Origin: Bdellovibrio sp.
GTDB taxonomy: Bacteria > Bdellovibrionota > Bdellovibrionia > Bdellovibrionales > Bdellovibrionaceae
Length of the DNA stretch: 64,000 bases
NCBI GenBank assembly: GCA_036676395.1
Contig: JAKFCY010000002.1
Coordinates: 2,400,001-2,464,000 of the forward strand
Reading direction: 5' to 3'
Below the pieces are notes generated by a model. It was not told the DNA's origin and ran no database searches. It worked only from the letters and a program-made list of their open reading frames with translations. The position numbers and the translations under genes were made by a program. Position 1 is the stretch's first letter. Each line of letters starts with the position of its first letter. Shown here one piece after another: positions 19,365 through 31,100 of this stretch.

Positions 19365-19871
19365 TTAGTATTGGATTAGCGACTTAATCGGTTCGTTTTT
19401 AAATTTCATCTCATTCAAAAACGTCAGATTAATTAAAACTAAAATATCAGTGACTTTGTATCCAGCTTTTTCGCAAAGACTTGTTGAAGCTTTTAATGTT
19501 CCGCCAGTGGCTAACACGTCATCGACGATCACTGCGCGTAATGGCTTAAGCGTTGGCGCAATCTCTAAAGTCGCTTCACCGTATTCAAGTTTATAAGATT
19601 CTTTAATTGTTGGCGGTGGTAATTTACCAGCTTTACGAAGTGGTAAAAAACCTTTATCAAAATGCGCCGCTAATGCTGCTGCAAAAATAAATCCGCGCGA
19701 TTCAATACCCACAAAAACATCAACTTCGTCTAAATTAATTAGACTGCCGAAATCTTCAGTTACATTTCTGAAAGCCTGTGCATCTTGCAACAAAGGTGTT
19801 ACATCACGAAACATCACTCCTGGAATTGGGAAGTCAGCTACATCACGAATTAAATTTTGATAAGATTTCAT
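19365..19871 (-). CDS. apt: adenine phosphoribosyltransferase
   Basis: DFPIPGVMFRD, GIESRGF, LEYG, VDDVLATGGT. Confidence 0.97.
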   Translation of the reverse strand: MKSYQNLIRDVADFPIPGVMFRDVTPLLQDAQAFRNVTEDFGSLINLDEVDVFVGIESRGFIFAAALAAHFDKGFLPLRKAGKLPPPTIKESYKLEYGEATLEIAPTLKPLRAVIVDDVLATGGTLKASTSLCEKAGYKVTDILVLINLTFLNEMKFKNEPIKSLIQY

Positions 19872-19904
19872 ACCCCGGAAAATAGCGGATTTCCGGGTAA
19901 TTGC

Positions 19905-21356
19905 CTAGAACATTTTCTTACGTTGACTTGAAGGTAGGATTCTTAAAACCTCGCGGTATTTGGCGACCGTACGGCGGGCGATATCAACGCCATCTTTTTT
20001 AAGCAAATCTACCAGTTTTTGATCAGATAATGGCTTTTTAGGATCTTCTTTAGCCACTAGCTCTTTGATTTTTAATTTAACCGCTTCTGAAGCTAAGGCA
20101 TCCCCGTCTGTCGACGCAATTCCTGAATTAAAGAAATACTTTAACTCAAAGATTCCTTGAGGGGTGTGCATGTATTTAGCTGTAGTTACGCGTGAAACTG
20201 TTGATTCATGCATACCAATATCAGCTGCGATATCACGCAAGATCATCGGTTTTAAAAATGCAGTTCCTTTTTCAAAGAATTCGCGTTGGTGTTTTACGAT
20301 TGAATCAGACACTTTAAAAATTGTTCTTTGACGTTGGTGAATAGATTTAATTAACCACACTGCAGATTTTAATTTATCCGAAATAAAGTCAGCAGCTTTG
20401 GCATCACCAGTTGGCGTTGAGCCGCCTTTTAACATATTACGGTAATAGTTTGAGATTCTTAATTTAGGCAAACCATCTTCGTTTAATGAAACCGAAAAAT
20501 CATCGCCCACTTTGTACACGTAAACATCTGGTGTTACGTAGTGAGTGTCATTACCTGCGTACGCGCGCCCCGGCTTAGGATCCATAGCGTAAATGATTTT
20601 ACACATATCGATGATTTCTTCCATCGGCTTTTGTAAAGCTTTGGCGATCGCATCGTAATTCTTTTTTTCTAAATCTTTTAAGTGATTATTAATCAGCGTC
20701 ACAAGATCTGTCGTGTCTTCTTCAATGTGTCTGGCTTGTACCAGTAAACATTCTTTTAAATCACGCGCACCAACACCAGCAGGGTCAAATTCATGAATCT
20801 GCACAATTGTGTCTTCTAAATCTGCTAACGGGATTTGTTCTTCTTCTGAAATTTGGCTTAAGGGAGTTTTAATATAACCATCATCATCGATGTAAGCGAT
20901 GATCGCATCAGCGGCTCTTTCCTCGTCTTCAGAAAAGCCAGCCATTTTTGCTTGCCAATATAAGTGGTCATGCAAAGTTTGTGTTGTTGAGATTATATTT
21001 TCGTAATTCATGATCTCTTCAGAACCTGAAGAAGCCTCACGCGGCATTTTATGTTGAATTTCTAAGTAATTTTCCCACTCGAACTCATCTTGTTTTTGTG
21101 GATCTTGCGCCTCTTGCGTTTGCGCTTCTGTATTGGTATCGGCTCCGCCTTCAACTTGTGCGGCAGCTTCTTTGGTACGCTCAAAGTCTTCTTCTTTTAA
21201 AACTTCGGCTTCTTCTAAAATTGGATTTTCTTCTAATTCATTACGAACTTGTGATTCTAATTCTAAGCGCGACATTTGAAGCAACTTAATCGCCTGTTGT
21301 AGCTGTGGTGTAATTACCAAGCCCTGACTAAGATTCATCGTTTGCTTCATTGCCAT
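19905..21356 (-). CDS. rpoN: RNA polymerase sigma-54 factor
   Basis: PQLQQAIKLLQ, HESTVSR, ARRTVAKYRE RpoN box. Confidence 0.98.
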   Translation of the reverse strand: MAMKQTMNLSQGLVITPQLQQAIKLLQMSRLELESQVRNELEENPILEEAEVLKEEDFERTKEAAAQVEGGADTNTEAQTQEAQDPQKQDEFEWENYLEIQHKMPREASSGSEEIMNYENIISTTQTLHDHLYWQAKMAGFSEDEERAADAIIAYIDDDGYIKTPLSQISEEEQIPLADLEDTIVQIHEFDPAGVGARDLKECLLVQARHIEEDTTDLVTLINNHLKDLEKKNYDAIAKALQKPMEEIIDMCKIIYAMDPKPGRAYAGNDTHYVTPDVYVYKVGDDFSVSLNEDGLPKLRISNYYRNMLKGGSTPTGDAKAADFISDKLKSAVWLIKSIHQRQRTIFKVSDSIVKHQREFFEKGTAFLKPMILRDIAADIGMHESTVSRVTTAKYMHTPQGIFELKYFFNSGIASTDGDALASEAVKLKIKELVAKEDPKKPLSDQKLVDLLKKDGVDIARRTVAKYREVLRILPSSQRKKMF

Positions 21357-21367
21357 CTCAACACACC

Positions 21368-22105
21368 TTACAGTTTGAAGTTCTCGCCTAAATAAAACTT
21401 ACGTGCAATTTCTGAAGTGGCGATTTCTTCAGAGTTACCGCTTACTTGGATGATTCCATCCTTCAAGATATAAGCATAATCGCAAATGCCCAAAGTCTCA
21501 CGAACGTTATGATCAGTGATCAAAACTCCTATACCTTTGGCCTTAAGATCTCGAATGATATTTTGAATTTCCCCAACAGCTATAGGATCAATACCTGCGA
21601 AAGGCTCATCTAACAATAGAAAATGCGGCGACCCAGCTAATGCACGTGCAATTTCCACTCTGCGGCGCTCTCCGCCCGACAAAGCGTAACCAAAAGATTC
21701 ACGAATATGGTTGACTCGAAAATCCTGTAAAAGACTCTCTAGTTTTTCGCGGCGCTCCTGAGGGTCATAACCATGGGCTTCTAAGGCCACCAAAATGTTA
21801 TCTTCAACGCTCATGCGACGAAAAATACTAGGCTCTTGTGCTAAATAACTTAAACCAGACCTTGCGCGTTTATACATTGGGTATTCTGAAATTTCTAGAG
21901 CATTTAACGTGATCGAACCAGAATCAGATTTAACAAGGCCTACCACCATATAGAATGATGTTGTTTTACCTGCGCCGTTTGGACCCAGTAGACCAACAAC
22001 TTGACCAGAGTGCACTTCAAACGAAACATCTTTAACGACTAAACGTTGACCATATTTTTTAGAAATATTTTTTATCGATAACGTGCTTGGTGCGTTTTCT
22101 GCCAT
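21368..22105 (-). CDS. lptB: LPS export ABC ATPase
   Basis: [43 protein letters not shown]. Confidence 0.97.
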   Translation of the reverse strand: MAENAPSTLSIKNISKKYGQRLVVKDVSFEVHSGQVVGLLGPNGAGKTTSFYMVVGLVKSDSGSITLNALEISEYPMYKRARSGLSYLAQEPSIFRRMSVEDNILVALEAHGYDPQERREKLESLLQDFRVNHIRESFGYALSGGERRRVEIARALAGSPHFLLLDEPFAGIDPIAVGEIQNIIRDLKAKGIGVLITDHNVRETLGICDYAYILKDGIIQVSGNSEEIATSEIARKFYLGENFKL

Positions 22106-22111
22106 TTTAGT

Positions 22112-23140
22112 TTATTGCACTTTCTTAGAATCAATTTTGACCTTATTCATCTTAACTTTTTTTCCGCCTTCTAGGAAGACGATTTCTTCACCTTGAATTT
22201 CATCCTCGCCCATCTGGACCTTTGGACGACCACTTAAGGTCATTGTGTCTTCAAGCAGATTCATCAATAGCTGCTGACACACAGCGCTTTTACCTTCGTC
22301 TTTAAGAACCACCTGATCTTTAAGTAAAATGGATTCTAAAGCTTTTTGTTTTTCTGAATAACGAAAGAAAGCCTGCGGCGCGGTGATCGTGGTTGTATCG
22401 AACTTCATATTCACGCTGCCTGAAAATAAGGCCTCTTGATTTTTATTCGAAAACTCGGCGGCGTTCGAATTGACACGAAAAATTTTATTGTCCATGGCTT
22501 TGCTGGCTTCGATATTTGATTCGATATACATTTTATTCTTAACCAGATCGATCTTAAAACCCTGGCCATTTAATTTAAAACCAACACCATTTTTATCGTC
22601 AGGACCCAGCATGCGAACCGCACTATCACTGGTCAGAATTTTTTGTTCAGCCACATAATGTAAATCATTTGTTTCAAACTGGTAGCCATTCGAACTTTGC
22701 GTAACAACCTGACCGCGAATAACCATGTTCTTTGTTTGGCCATTGATTTCACCAATGTCGCCCGAGACCACGAAGCTTGATTCGTTTTCATTAAAGAATT
22801 CAACTTTTACTTTTTTTAAAACCCAGAGCTCTTCGCTGGAACCGGTCGCTTCATCCGCGTAAAGCTCCCATCCTTTGGCATTATCAGAGTTTTCAACAAG
22901 ATGCACGCCAACCATTTTTTGTTCGACCGCTTTGCGTTTGCCGCTAGAAGCTAATTTTTCGATATCTGCTTTGGTGGTAGCTGTTGCTGAAGTTGCGTTT
23001 GAGATGGCTTTGGAATTTGCCGTCGTTTCTGACGGCGAAATATCTTGCGGCGCCATTAATAAAGCCTGAATGAAAATCAGGCCAATGACGACAGACAGAA
23101 ATATAGAAATTTTATTGAGTTTTAACTTCCTGAGTAGCAT
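22112..23140 (-). CDS. lptC: LPS export protein LptC with a second LptA/OstA-like jellyroll (probable LptC-LptA fusion)
   Basis: TM anchor, WELYADEA, FETNDLHY; C-terminal LSGRPKVQMGEDEIQGEEIVF is LptA-like; upstream of lptB. Confidence 0.8.
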   Translation of the reverse strand: MLLRKLKLNKISIFLSVVIGLIFIQALLMAPQDISPSETTANSKAISNATSATATTKADIEKLASSGKRKAVEQKMVGVHLVENSDNAKGWELYADEATGSSEELWVLKKVKVEFFNENESSFVVSGDIGEINGQTKNMVIRGQVVTQSSNGYQFETNDLHYVAEQKILTSDSAVRMLGPDDKNGVGFKLNGQGFKIDLVKNKMYIESNIEASKAMDNKIFRVNSNAAEFSNKNQEALFSGSVNMKFDTTTITAPQAFFRYSEKQKALESILLKDQVVLKDEGKSAVCQQLLMNLLEDTMTLSGRPKVQMGEDEIQGEEIVFLEGGKKVKMNKVKIDSKKVQ

Positions 23141-23720
23141 TTTTATTTTCTGCTTCTTTTGCTACTGCAAAGTTAATTGGGCCACCACCGGCCTCGTAGA
23201 TAGAATACATCACTTTTTTCAAAGTTAAATAATCCATATCTTTATCCGCTTGTAATGTGACTCTTCTCCACGCATTAGGATCAATTTCTTCATTACCGAC
23301 AGTTTTATCCACTACATTACGAATTTTATTCTGCAATTTAGCATCTTGTTCTGTTTTTGCTTTTTCTAGCAAAACCCGAACCTGATCACGTAAGTTTGGG
23401 ATCACCCAGTCAACTGACGCCTGCACTTCTGCAAATGTAGCCACTTGTGTGCGATCGATCAATACTTCTTTTGAAGAAACGGTTACAACCACTGCAGGTT
23501 TTAATTCATTTACGCGCGCCGCTTTTGGCAGAGTAACTTCTTTTGGAATATAAAGAATTTCACCCGTCGTGTTATAATTTTGTAATAAGAAAATAACTAA
23601 CACGGTGAACATATCCACCATCGCTGTTAATGATAAAATAGCAGTTACGCCACGTTTTCCTTTACGACGACTTAAGATTTTATGATAACGATGTCTTTCA
23701 CCGGGCTTGTGAATTGCCAT
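23112..23720 (-). CDS. ExbD/TolR-family gliding motor subunit (AglS-like)
   Basis: LTAMVDMFTVLVIFLL, LQADKDMDY. Confidence 0.88.
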   Translation of the reverse strand: MAIHKPGERHRYHKILSRRKGKRGVTAILSLTAMVDMFTVLVIFLLQNYNTTGEILYIPKEVTLPKAARVNELKPAVVVTVSSKEVLIDRTQVATFAEVQASVDWVIPNLRDQVRVLLEKAKTEQDAKLQNKIRNVVDKTVGNEEIDPNAWRRVTLQADKDMDYLTLKKVMYSIYEAGGGPINFAVAKEAENKNATQEVKTQ

Positions 23721-24190
23721 TAGTTCGGTCCTCCGGTTAATAATTCAGGAGAAAATCCTGCGCGTAAGCCTAAATCCATTGCGCTCACTACATGTTCATA
23801 TTTAATTTCATTTTCGATGGCCATTTTAATGCCACCTTTATCCGGATACATTTGTTTCACTTTATCTAAATCAGCAGCTAAAGCTTCTTTATCATAGTCA
23901 CCATTTAACATCGGGATCGCACGTACATCTTTACCGACATACAACACATAACCCGTTGCTTTAATATCCAAACGTAAAACTAAGTCTTCAAGAGGTGGCG
24001 GAGTAATCACCTCTGTGTTCGGATCTTTTGGCGAAGCAAATGAAGCGCCTAATTGAATCATTGAAACCTGTGTCCAGACCGCAGAGATCAAAAGAAAGGT
24101 GATCAACACCGACATCAAGTCGATGACCGGAACTAGATTTAAATCAAAATTTGTGCTACGTCCCCGTCCACCAGAATCTATATGAGCCAT
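23720..24190 (-). CDS. ExbD/TolR-family gliding motor subunit (AglQ-like)
   Basis: LNLVPVIDLMSVLITFLL, YEHVVSAMD. Confidence 0.88.
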   Translation of the reverse strand: MAHIDSGGRGRSTNFDLNLVPVIDLMSVLITFLLISAVWTQVSMIQLGASFASPKDPNTEVITPPPLEDLVLRLDIKATGYVLYVGKDVRAIPMLNGDYDKEALAADLDKVKQMYPDKGGIKMAIENEIKYEHVVSAMDLGLRAGFSPELLTGGPN

Positions 24191-24218
24191 ACGTTACCTC
24201 GGAAAAATTAATTTCCAA

Positions 24219-24902
24219 TTAGTCTTTCATTTTATCGCGATTAGCAGACACTAAATTTAATAATGACATGCTTGTCTCGATCATTTCGTTTTCAGATTTT
24301 TGAATCATATGTTGAAACAAACCGTAAGCCACGATAGCTACGATTGAAACTGTTAATCCAAAACCAGTACAGTTTAAGGCATGCGAAATACCTTGAGATA
24401 GTAAAGTGGCTTTCGTTGCAGGATCTGCTGAAGATACCGCGCGGAATGAACCGATCATACCTAAGATTGTACCTAATAGACCCGCTAATACCGCGATGTT
24501 ACCAAATACGGCTAAGAATGATGTCCAACCTTCAAGTCTTGGCATTTCGCGAAGAACCGCTGCATCCATAGCTACTTGAATTTCTTCATCCGGGCGTTTA
24601 TTTAATGCGCCAACTAAACCAGCTTTTACTGTATTTGATAATGGAGTTGGGCGTGAATCACAAAATGAAATCGCTTGTCTGATGTCACCACCGATAATCA
24701 TGCGAAAAACCTGATCAGAAAATTCTTTTTTGTCTACGCGCAAAGATTTAAGTGTCATGAATCTTTCGACAACTAAAATCGCTGTTAATACCGCGATGAA
24801 CGCGATGATGTACATGACGCTTCCGCCTTCGACGAATGCTCGAACGATCGGATTTACGTTATCTACTGTTGCTACTGCTACTGCTGCTGCTGTTGGTTCC
24901 AC
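24219..24902 (-). CDS. MotA/TolQ/ExbB proton channel (AglR-like)
   Basis: GLLGTILGMIGSF, GISHALNCTGFGL; GTG start with SD GAGGAGG. Confidence 0.92.
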   Translation of the reverse strand: MEPTAAAVAVATVDNVNPIVRAFVEGGSVMYIIAFIAVLTAILVVERFMTLKSLRVDKKEFSDQVFRMIIGGDIRQAISFCDSRPTPLSNTVKAGLVGALNKRPDEEIQVAMDAAVLREMPRLEGWTSFLAVFGNIAVLAGLLGTILGMIGSFRAVSSADPATKATLLSQGISHALNCTGFGLTVSIVAIVAYGLFQHMIQKSENEMIETSMSLLNLVSANRDKMKD

Positions 24903-24942
24903 TTGTTTCCTCCTCGGATCTTATTTTATTTCTTAACTTAAA

Positions 24943-26958
24943 TTACTTTTCGCCCTGAAAGTAGAAGGGGTAATAAATTTCTGCTGCTGCCCCTGCTGGT
25001 GGTTCAGGAAATCTTAAAGTTAATAATCTGGCGCGCACACATTCGGCTACCGCTGAATTATTTAACGTTGATTTTTCTTTAACCACGCGTGCATTTTTTG
25101 CCACGCCTTTTTCATGAATTTCCCAGAAAATCATCACTTTACCTTCAAGCTTTGGATCTTTCGAATATTCACGATTGAAACACGCTTTGAAACTTTGTAA
25201 AGCTGATCTAACAACACGGCGAACGGCATCTTTATCGATTGAACCGATAAATTCTTCTTCTGCCCCACCCGGAGTAACGGCCACTGAATCTTTGTTACCA
25301 AAGCCAGATCCGCCAACACCAGTACCGTAACCTGAACCACCTTTTGTGCCCACGCCAGCGATACCCTGAGTCGCAGTGCCTTTTCCGCCTGCGCCTGTGT
25401 CTTTAAATTTAGAACCTAAATCATTGCCTGCACGAGTTTCATTAAAACCAGAAGCACCCGTTGCTTTTTCACCAGCTCCTAAAGCTTCGCCAGAACCTGA
25501 ATAAGCTTTATCTAACTGCGAACGTGCGCCACCTGATCCAAACGCAGATAATAGACCTGTGTTTGTTGGATCTGGTTCTTTTGACTGGGCATTCGCTCCA
25601 GCTTTCGGACCTGTCTTAACTGCACCACCTTGTTTAGTTGAAGTAAACATTTTGGTTTTGTTTTTCGAATCTTTTGGTTTTACTTCACTTGCGCGACCTG
25701 CTGATTTCGAAGCTTGCGCTTTTTGCTCAGGCTTATTCGGATCACCTTTAGTTTTAATCTCTTGCTCTTTATCCTTCATCGTCACTTTTTTCGGTGGCTC
25801 TGGTGGCTTAGGAGGAGGAACTTGTGTAGGTGGCGGAACTACTGGCGGCGTAATCACAACCGGAGGATTCACCGGCACTGGTGGTTTAGTAAAAATAACC
25901 TGTGCTACACGTTCAACTTCGTCTTCTTCATCCATAGTTTTTGGTGCGAGCACTGACATGATTAAACTTAATAACACGGCAAAAATAGTTGCAGCTAAAA
26001 TTCCGGTAAATTCACTTGATGTTAAAATTAACGGTGAATCTAAAGGAACAACTTTTGTTTTCGGTGCGAAACGAATGGCTAATTGCATTCCGTTAGCTAA
26101 GTGCACGAATAAAACTTCATTTTGCTGTAATTTATAATTGCTTTCAGATAACACCATGATGTCTTCAGCACGGTGAACTTCAGCTTTCATGTCATTAGCC
26201 AAACGAACTGTTACGCCCGTTGTGCAGTCTAACATCACCCAGTCTTTAGGAGCTGCACCCGCAGGCAACTGAATCGCTTGCTCAGGGCCTGATTTATAAT
26301 GGCCACGCGGTTCGAAATGATGTGTTGATAATACACGTTCTTTCCACGAGACGATCACTTGCACTAAACTGCCCTGACCCGGTTTGATGAACTCATTTAA
26401 ATTCTGATGTTCACTGCTAGGAGCAAAGGTTTTTTGATTTTTAGATTTTTTAGTTCGTGCGAACGATTGGTTTTTCACCGCACGAGTTCCTACAAACGCC
26501 GCATTGATCGTAGGTTTTGCCAACGATGTTGCTGTCATTACAGGAGGCGCAGCCGGAGGAGCTTTAACTGGCGGCTCGCTAGGCTTAGTATTCGCCGCTG
26601 CGACCACAAGCTCTGAACTTGTTTCTTGGTTATGCACTGGTTTTGGCACCCCAACAAAAAATACAATTTTAAACGGACCAACCTGAAATTCATCATTGGT
26701 ATTTAATGGTTCGTCTAAAACCACTTGTCCATTTTTGTATGTACCTTGCGATGAGCCTAAGTCACATAGGTGGTATTGTGTTCCGCGTTTTTCTACTAGG
26801 CAGTGAATCGCAGACACTTCTTTTGATTCTAAATCGACATCAACTTCAGCGCCAGAATCCAGGCTGCTTCCGAAAACAATTTGATCTTTGTCGATAAATT
26901 GTTTTACGAAATGAATTTGATTGTTCTTGAATACTCTAAATATAATCGGAGATTTCAA
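24943..26958 (-). CDS. gltG: GltG/PglI-like FHA-TM-TonB_C (AgmX/PglI C-terminal) protein
   Basis: FHA (VSAIHC, DLGSSQGT), TM, Pro-rich linker, C-terminal CFNREY..CV..LRFPEP..YPFYF. Confidence 0.8.
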   Translation of the reverse strand: MKSPIIFRVFKNNQIHFVKQFIDKDQIVFGSSLDSGAEVDVDLESKEVSAIHCLVEKRGTQYHLCDLGSSQGTYKNGQVVLDEPLNTNDEFQVGPFKIVFFVGVPKPVHNQETSSELVVAAANTKPSEPPVKAPPAAPPVMTATSLAKPTINAAFVGTRAVKNQSFARTKKSKNQKTFAPSSEHQNLNEFIKPGQGSLVQVIVSWKERVLSTHHFEPRGHYKSGPEQAIQLPAGAAPKDWVMLDCTTGVTVRLANDMKAEVHRAEDIMVLSESNYKLQQNEVLFVHLANGMQLAIRFAPKTKVVPLDSPLILTSSEFTGILAATIFAVLLSLIMSVLAPKTMDEEDEVERVAQVIFTKPPVPVNPPVVITPPVVPPPTQVPPPKPPEPPKKVTMKDKEQEIKTKGDPNKPEQKAQASKSAGRASEVKPKDSKNKTKMFTSTKQGGAVKTGPKAGANAQSKEPDPTNTGLLSAFGSGGARSQLDKAYSGSGEALGAGEKATGASGFNETRAGNDLGSKFKDTGAGGKGTATQGIAGVGTKGGSGYGTGVGGSGFGNKDSVAVTPGGAEEEFIGSIDKDAVRRVVRSALQSFKACFNREYSKDPKLEGKVMIFWEIHEKGVAKNARVVKEKSTLNNSAVAECVRARLLTLRFPEPPAGAAAEIYYPFYFQGEK

Positions 26959-27245
26959 CGTCCCCCCCGAAGTCGCTGGATGTCTTCAGATGTTTTTCTC
27001 ATTTCGGGTAAAAAGTTTTCTCTTAGTTTAATTAAGCGCGTGTAATTGAAATTTTTCTTTTGAAATAAGTAAAATAATTCTGGCTTCGACGCCGAACCTT
27101 CTACTAATTCGTCTTCGAAATTCAGGGTTTGTTTTTGCCCTGCGCGCAATTTGTAATTCTGTGCCAATGACACATTCGCAACTAATAAAGTTGCTAAACC
27201 TAAAATTAACGCAATATGTGATCGGAACATAAACGACCTCGTCAT
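26955..27245 (-). CDS. gltF: GltF/CglF-like small secreted gliding protein
   Basis: FEDELVEG..KP..LIKLRENFLPEM; operon position. Confidence 0.7.
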   Translation of the reverse strand: MTRSFMFRSHIALILGLATLLVANVSLAQNYKLRAGQKQTLNFEDELVEGSASKPELFYLFQKKNFNYTRLIKLRENFLPEMRKTSEDIQRLRGGR

Positions 27246-27246
27246 A

Positions 27247-28104
27247 CTATTTTAAACCAGCTTTTGCCTTTGATTCCAAATCTTTTATTAGATTCCTAGC
27301 CTCAGGAGGCGCGCCTACAAACTTTAGTCTGTTAAGAATATCAATTCCTTCGCGGTATTTTTGTTTATGTTCAATCAACAAGATTGAATAGTTTAACATA
27401 ATATCGCGCTGACCAGGATTATCCTTCATCAGCTTTTCATAAATTCCTGAAGCTTTGTCATGTTTTCCTGTGCCCGTTAATGCAATGGCATAGTTATTTA
27501 AAGTTTTAACATCTTTAGTTCCTTTACGAATCGGAATTTCCAGAGCTAATTCTGCTTTAGAATAATCTTTATCTTTCACATATATTGAACCCAAGTTTGC
27601 GCCAATGACTGCATCTTGATTATTAATTTCTAAACCTTTGCGAAAAGCCTTAATCGCTTCGCGCTTTTCACCCTGAGCCATACGAATCAAACCCATATTA
27701 CTGTAAAGTTCAGCGCGGTCATTATCGACAGCCAGCGCTTTATTTAATAAATACTCTGCAGCTTCATAACGACCGCGTTTGTAATACACCATCGCAAGAG
27801 CATTTAAAGCGCGCAGATCTTTTGGATTTTGCGTTAAAATCTCTGTAGTAGCTTGCGAAATACCTTCGTCATTTTGCAAGCGTACGGCCTCTGTTAGACG
27901 GTCTGCGGCTGTTGCGCCATCGACGGCTGAACCGTTCACGCCATTTTTCTTAATACTTGCATTCAAGTCACTTTGCGAAGGGCTTACTTTGTTTGAAGCC
28001 GCATCAGTCACTTCACTATCAGAATTGTTCGACGCTTTTTCTGATGAAGCACAGCCCACCATAAATGCAAGAACTAGTGTTGGAAGTAATTTTACTAATT
28101 TCAT
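27247..28104 (-). CDS. gltE: TPR lipoprotein, GltE/AglT-like
   Basis: Lipobox MVGC, TPRs, operon position. Confidence 0.75.
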   Translation of the reverse strand: MKLVKLLPTLVLAFMVGCASSEKASNNSDSEVTDAASNKVSPSQSDLNASIKKNGVNGSAVDGATAADRLTEAVRLQNDEGISQATTEILTQNPKDLRALNALAMVYYKRGRYEAAEYLLNKALAVDNDRAELYSNMGLIRMAQGEKREAIKAFRKGLEINNQDAVIGANLGSIYVKDKDYSKAELALEIPIRKGTKDVKTLNNYAIALTGTGKHDKASGIYEKLMKDNPGQRDIMLNYSILLIEHKQKYREGIDILNRLKFVGAPPEARNLIKDLESKAKAGLK

Positions 28105-31100
28105 TGTTTGCTATCTCCCACCCACTGGATTAAACGGGATTCTGAAGAAATCTCTGAACCACTGTAAACATTTTTAGAATCTTTAGCCGCCGCTTGCGCT
28201 AATGCGTGTTTGTAAGCATCGTTATATACATCTAAATCACGACCACGCTCAACAGCAGCTTTGTAACTGTCGTCTGCTTTTTTCAAGAACGGATCAGCAA
28301 TTTTTTGAATGCCGGCTGCGTATTGTTTTTTCTGGTCATCGTTTAAACCAGCAGGAACCGGCGCATTCACAATTGCCGTGCCAATATGCTCATTCGTAGC
28401 ACCTAATAAATCTAATGAAGATACGATTTCATCCGCCGAATCTAACTTGATCGTCTCTGTTAACACTTCACCGAGCTTAGTCACTAGGCCTAATTTTTTA
28501 TCGACAATTGTTTTTTGTTTTTTCGGATCAGCAGGAATTTTCAAAGCCACTAATTCGTTATACATTTCGCCGGCATTGCGTAGTTTAATTTTAGCGATGT
28601 ATTTCGCAGCATCCGATCGTTCTGCCTGTTTTAGTTTGTTGTAGACAGCAATAGCTTCGTTTTCTTCGCTTTTACCAACATAATAATATGCCGCAACCCG
28701 TTTTGCAGAATTAGGAGCAGATTCAGCGTACTCACGGTATTTCGACTGCCAACCTGGGCTGCCAGATTTACGCATTAATTCGGCTAAATTATAAAGAGTC
28801 TCTAGATTTTCTTTATTTGATTTGTTCACTTTTAAAAATTCATTGTAAGTGCTGATAGCTTCTTTGTTGCTGCCCAGAGCTTCATACATCACGGCCGCAT
28901 TAAATAAATAGTTCGGCGTTAATGGATCTTTTGGATTATCATTAGCAGCTTGTTTAAATAACTTTGCCGATTCTTCGAATTGGCCGGCGTCTTGGTAAAG
29001 CTTGGCTAATAGTTTTTGCGCTTTAGGTTTTACTGTGTCTGAGTTTTTATCTTTAGTTGATAAAGTCTTTTTGTAGTTTTGAATCGCTTCATAATTTTTA
29101 CCAGAGCGTTCAAAGTTAACGCCTGAATTAAATAAAGCCATTGAAACTAATTCAGATTTTGGATTTTGAATCGCGAAAGCCTGATACTGTTCAGCTGATT
29201 CTAAATACTTTTTGTCAGTTTCTAAATCCTGGCCTTTTTTAAAGCTTGCACGCTCTAAAACATTACGAATATCAGATCCCGTTTTCGAAGACGAAATGGA
29301 TTCATTTTGTAAAAGTTCGGCACCCATTTTTTCTAAGCCCACAAAATCTTTTTTAAGATTGTAGATATCTAATAAAAGATTCGCTGAATACTCAGAAAAC
29401 CTAGTTTTAGGGTATTTTGCCACGATCTCTTTAAACAGCACTTCAGCTTCGTTGAAATGATTCGATTGATAATACAAACGACCCATACGAAATTTGATTT
29501 CGGCCATTTTTTCTGAGTTCGGAAATTTTTCAGTGTACCATTGCGCTGATTTTAAGAATTTTTCAACTCTTGGATCAAACGGGATAGGTTCAATTGAATC
29601 CCCTTTACGTTTTGCTAACTCTTCATCTTTTGGAAGCGCTTTTTCAATCGATAATAATAAGTTCTGTGCCGACTTTGCGCCGTACTTACTTTTAGGAGCA
29701 TTTTCTGCAACCCAGGTATAATGAGTGGCTGCGTCTTCAAACTTATTCATATCATATAAAAGCTCGGCATAGAAAAAGTGCATATCAGCCACTTGCGTAG
29801 AATCAGAAAATTCCTGGAAGTATAATTGATATCCATCTAAAGCCAATTGACGAGAATATGATGCTCGTGAATTTTGCGCTGTTTGATGCTGTTGTAAGAT
29901 GTAATTTCTTAGCGTTTGTTCACGTAATTGGTATGACTTATCCAAGAAAGCCTGGTCATTTTTATTACGTTCTGCCCAGTTTGAATCTTTTTTGAAGTTA
30001 TTAATCCAGTTATATAATTCTTCTTTAAATTGTGGAGAATTTTTTGAGTAGAAGTAATTCTGTACAATTTGGTATTGGTATTCAAAAGCTTTTTTTGAAG
30101 TTGGATCTTCGCTGATTAAATAACGAAATACATCGCGAGAAGCATCTTTTCCGCCCTTATCAGCATAATAATAAGCTAATTTTTCGATGTAGGCATTACT
30201 GTCGGGTAAATTTAGGTTTTTGAAATAATTAACTGCGCGTTTTGTGTCCGCGATATCAGAAAAGAACATCACGATGTCGCGTAAGGCTTCATTTTCAAGT
30301 TTCGACCTGCGAACAGCCTTTTTACGTGACGAATTTTCATCTAACTTAATAATAAAATCTAAATATTTAATCGCCTCTTCAGTACGACCTAAGCGAAATA
30401 AACACCAGCCACCTTTGTATAAAGAAAATGAATGCAGTCTGTGACGTTTTTGTTTAATTAATTTTGAATACTCTTTATAGGCATCAGCCCATTTTTCGTT
30501 TTCAAAATAATATTCACCTAAGGCAAAGTGCGCTTCCCCTACGAATGGAGAATTAGGATAACGACGGGTTAATTGGTCGTAGTAACTTGCGCCTTTGGCG
30601 GCATCATTTAGTTCAAAGTAATTGTAACCTAAAAAGAATAGCGCTTGGCTAACTTTTTCGTCATTTGGGTAATCACGCAAGAACCATTCATACAGCTGAA
30701 TCGCACGGCGATTATACTGTTGTGACTCTTTCGTATCTAAGCGGGGCTTAGTTTTGGTTTTACCTTCTTGAAAATTACGCAATTGTGCATCGTAATTATC
30801 TTGCTTGCGCGAATCAACCAAAGTTGATTTTTCGACGTATAACTCAGCTAACCGTAACCACAATTCACCGCGGTTCGGGCTGTTTTCAAATTTTTTCGTT
30901 AATTTATAAAGCTCTTGAATCTGACGATCTAAAGTTTTTTCGTATTCAGCTTGATCATCACCTGGTTCAAATTTTAAAATCTCTGTTGAACGAGGCGGCT
31001 TTACCGAGGTCAAATTCGTTTGTGGCTGTTGTTTAAACGCAAACTGAGTTTCTGGTAATGTCGTATCGTTTTTTTGCATCGTCTGGATTTTACCACCACG

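Noticed and set aside
23112..24902. MotA/ExbD genes as Zorya or a TonB iron-uptake system
   Set aside because: Context is a complete glt operon with two ExbD-like subunits, which is the Agl arrangement
25559..26137. 192-aa plus-strand ORF and other short antisense or alternative-frame ORFs in the track
   Set aside because: Shadows of well-supported genes; no independent motifs
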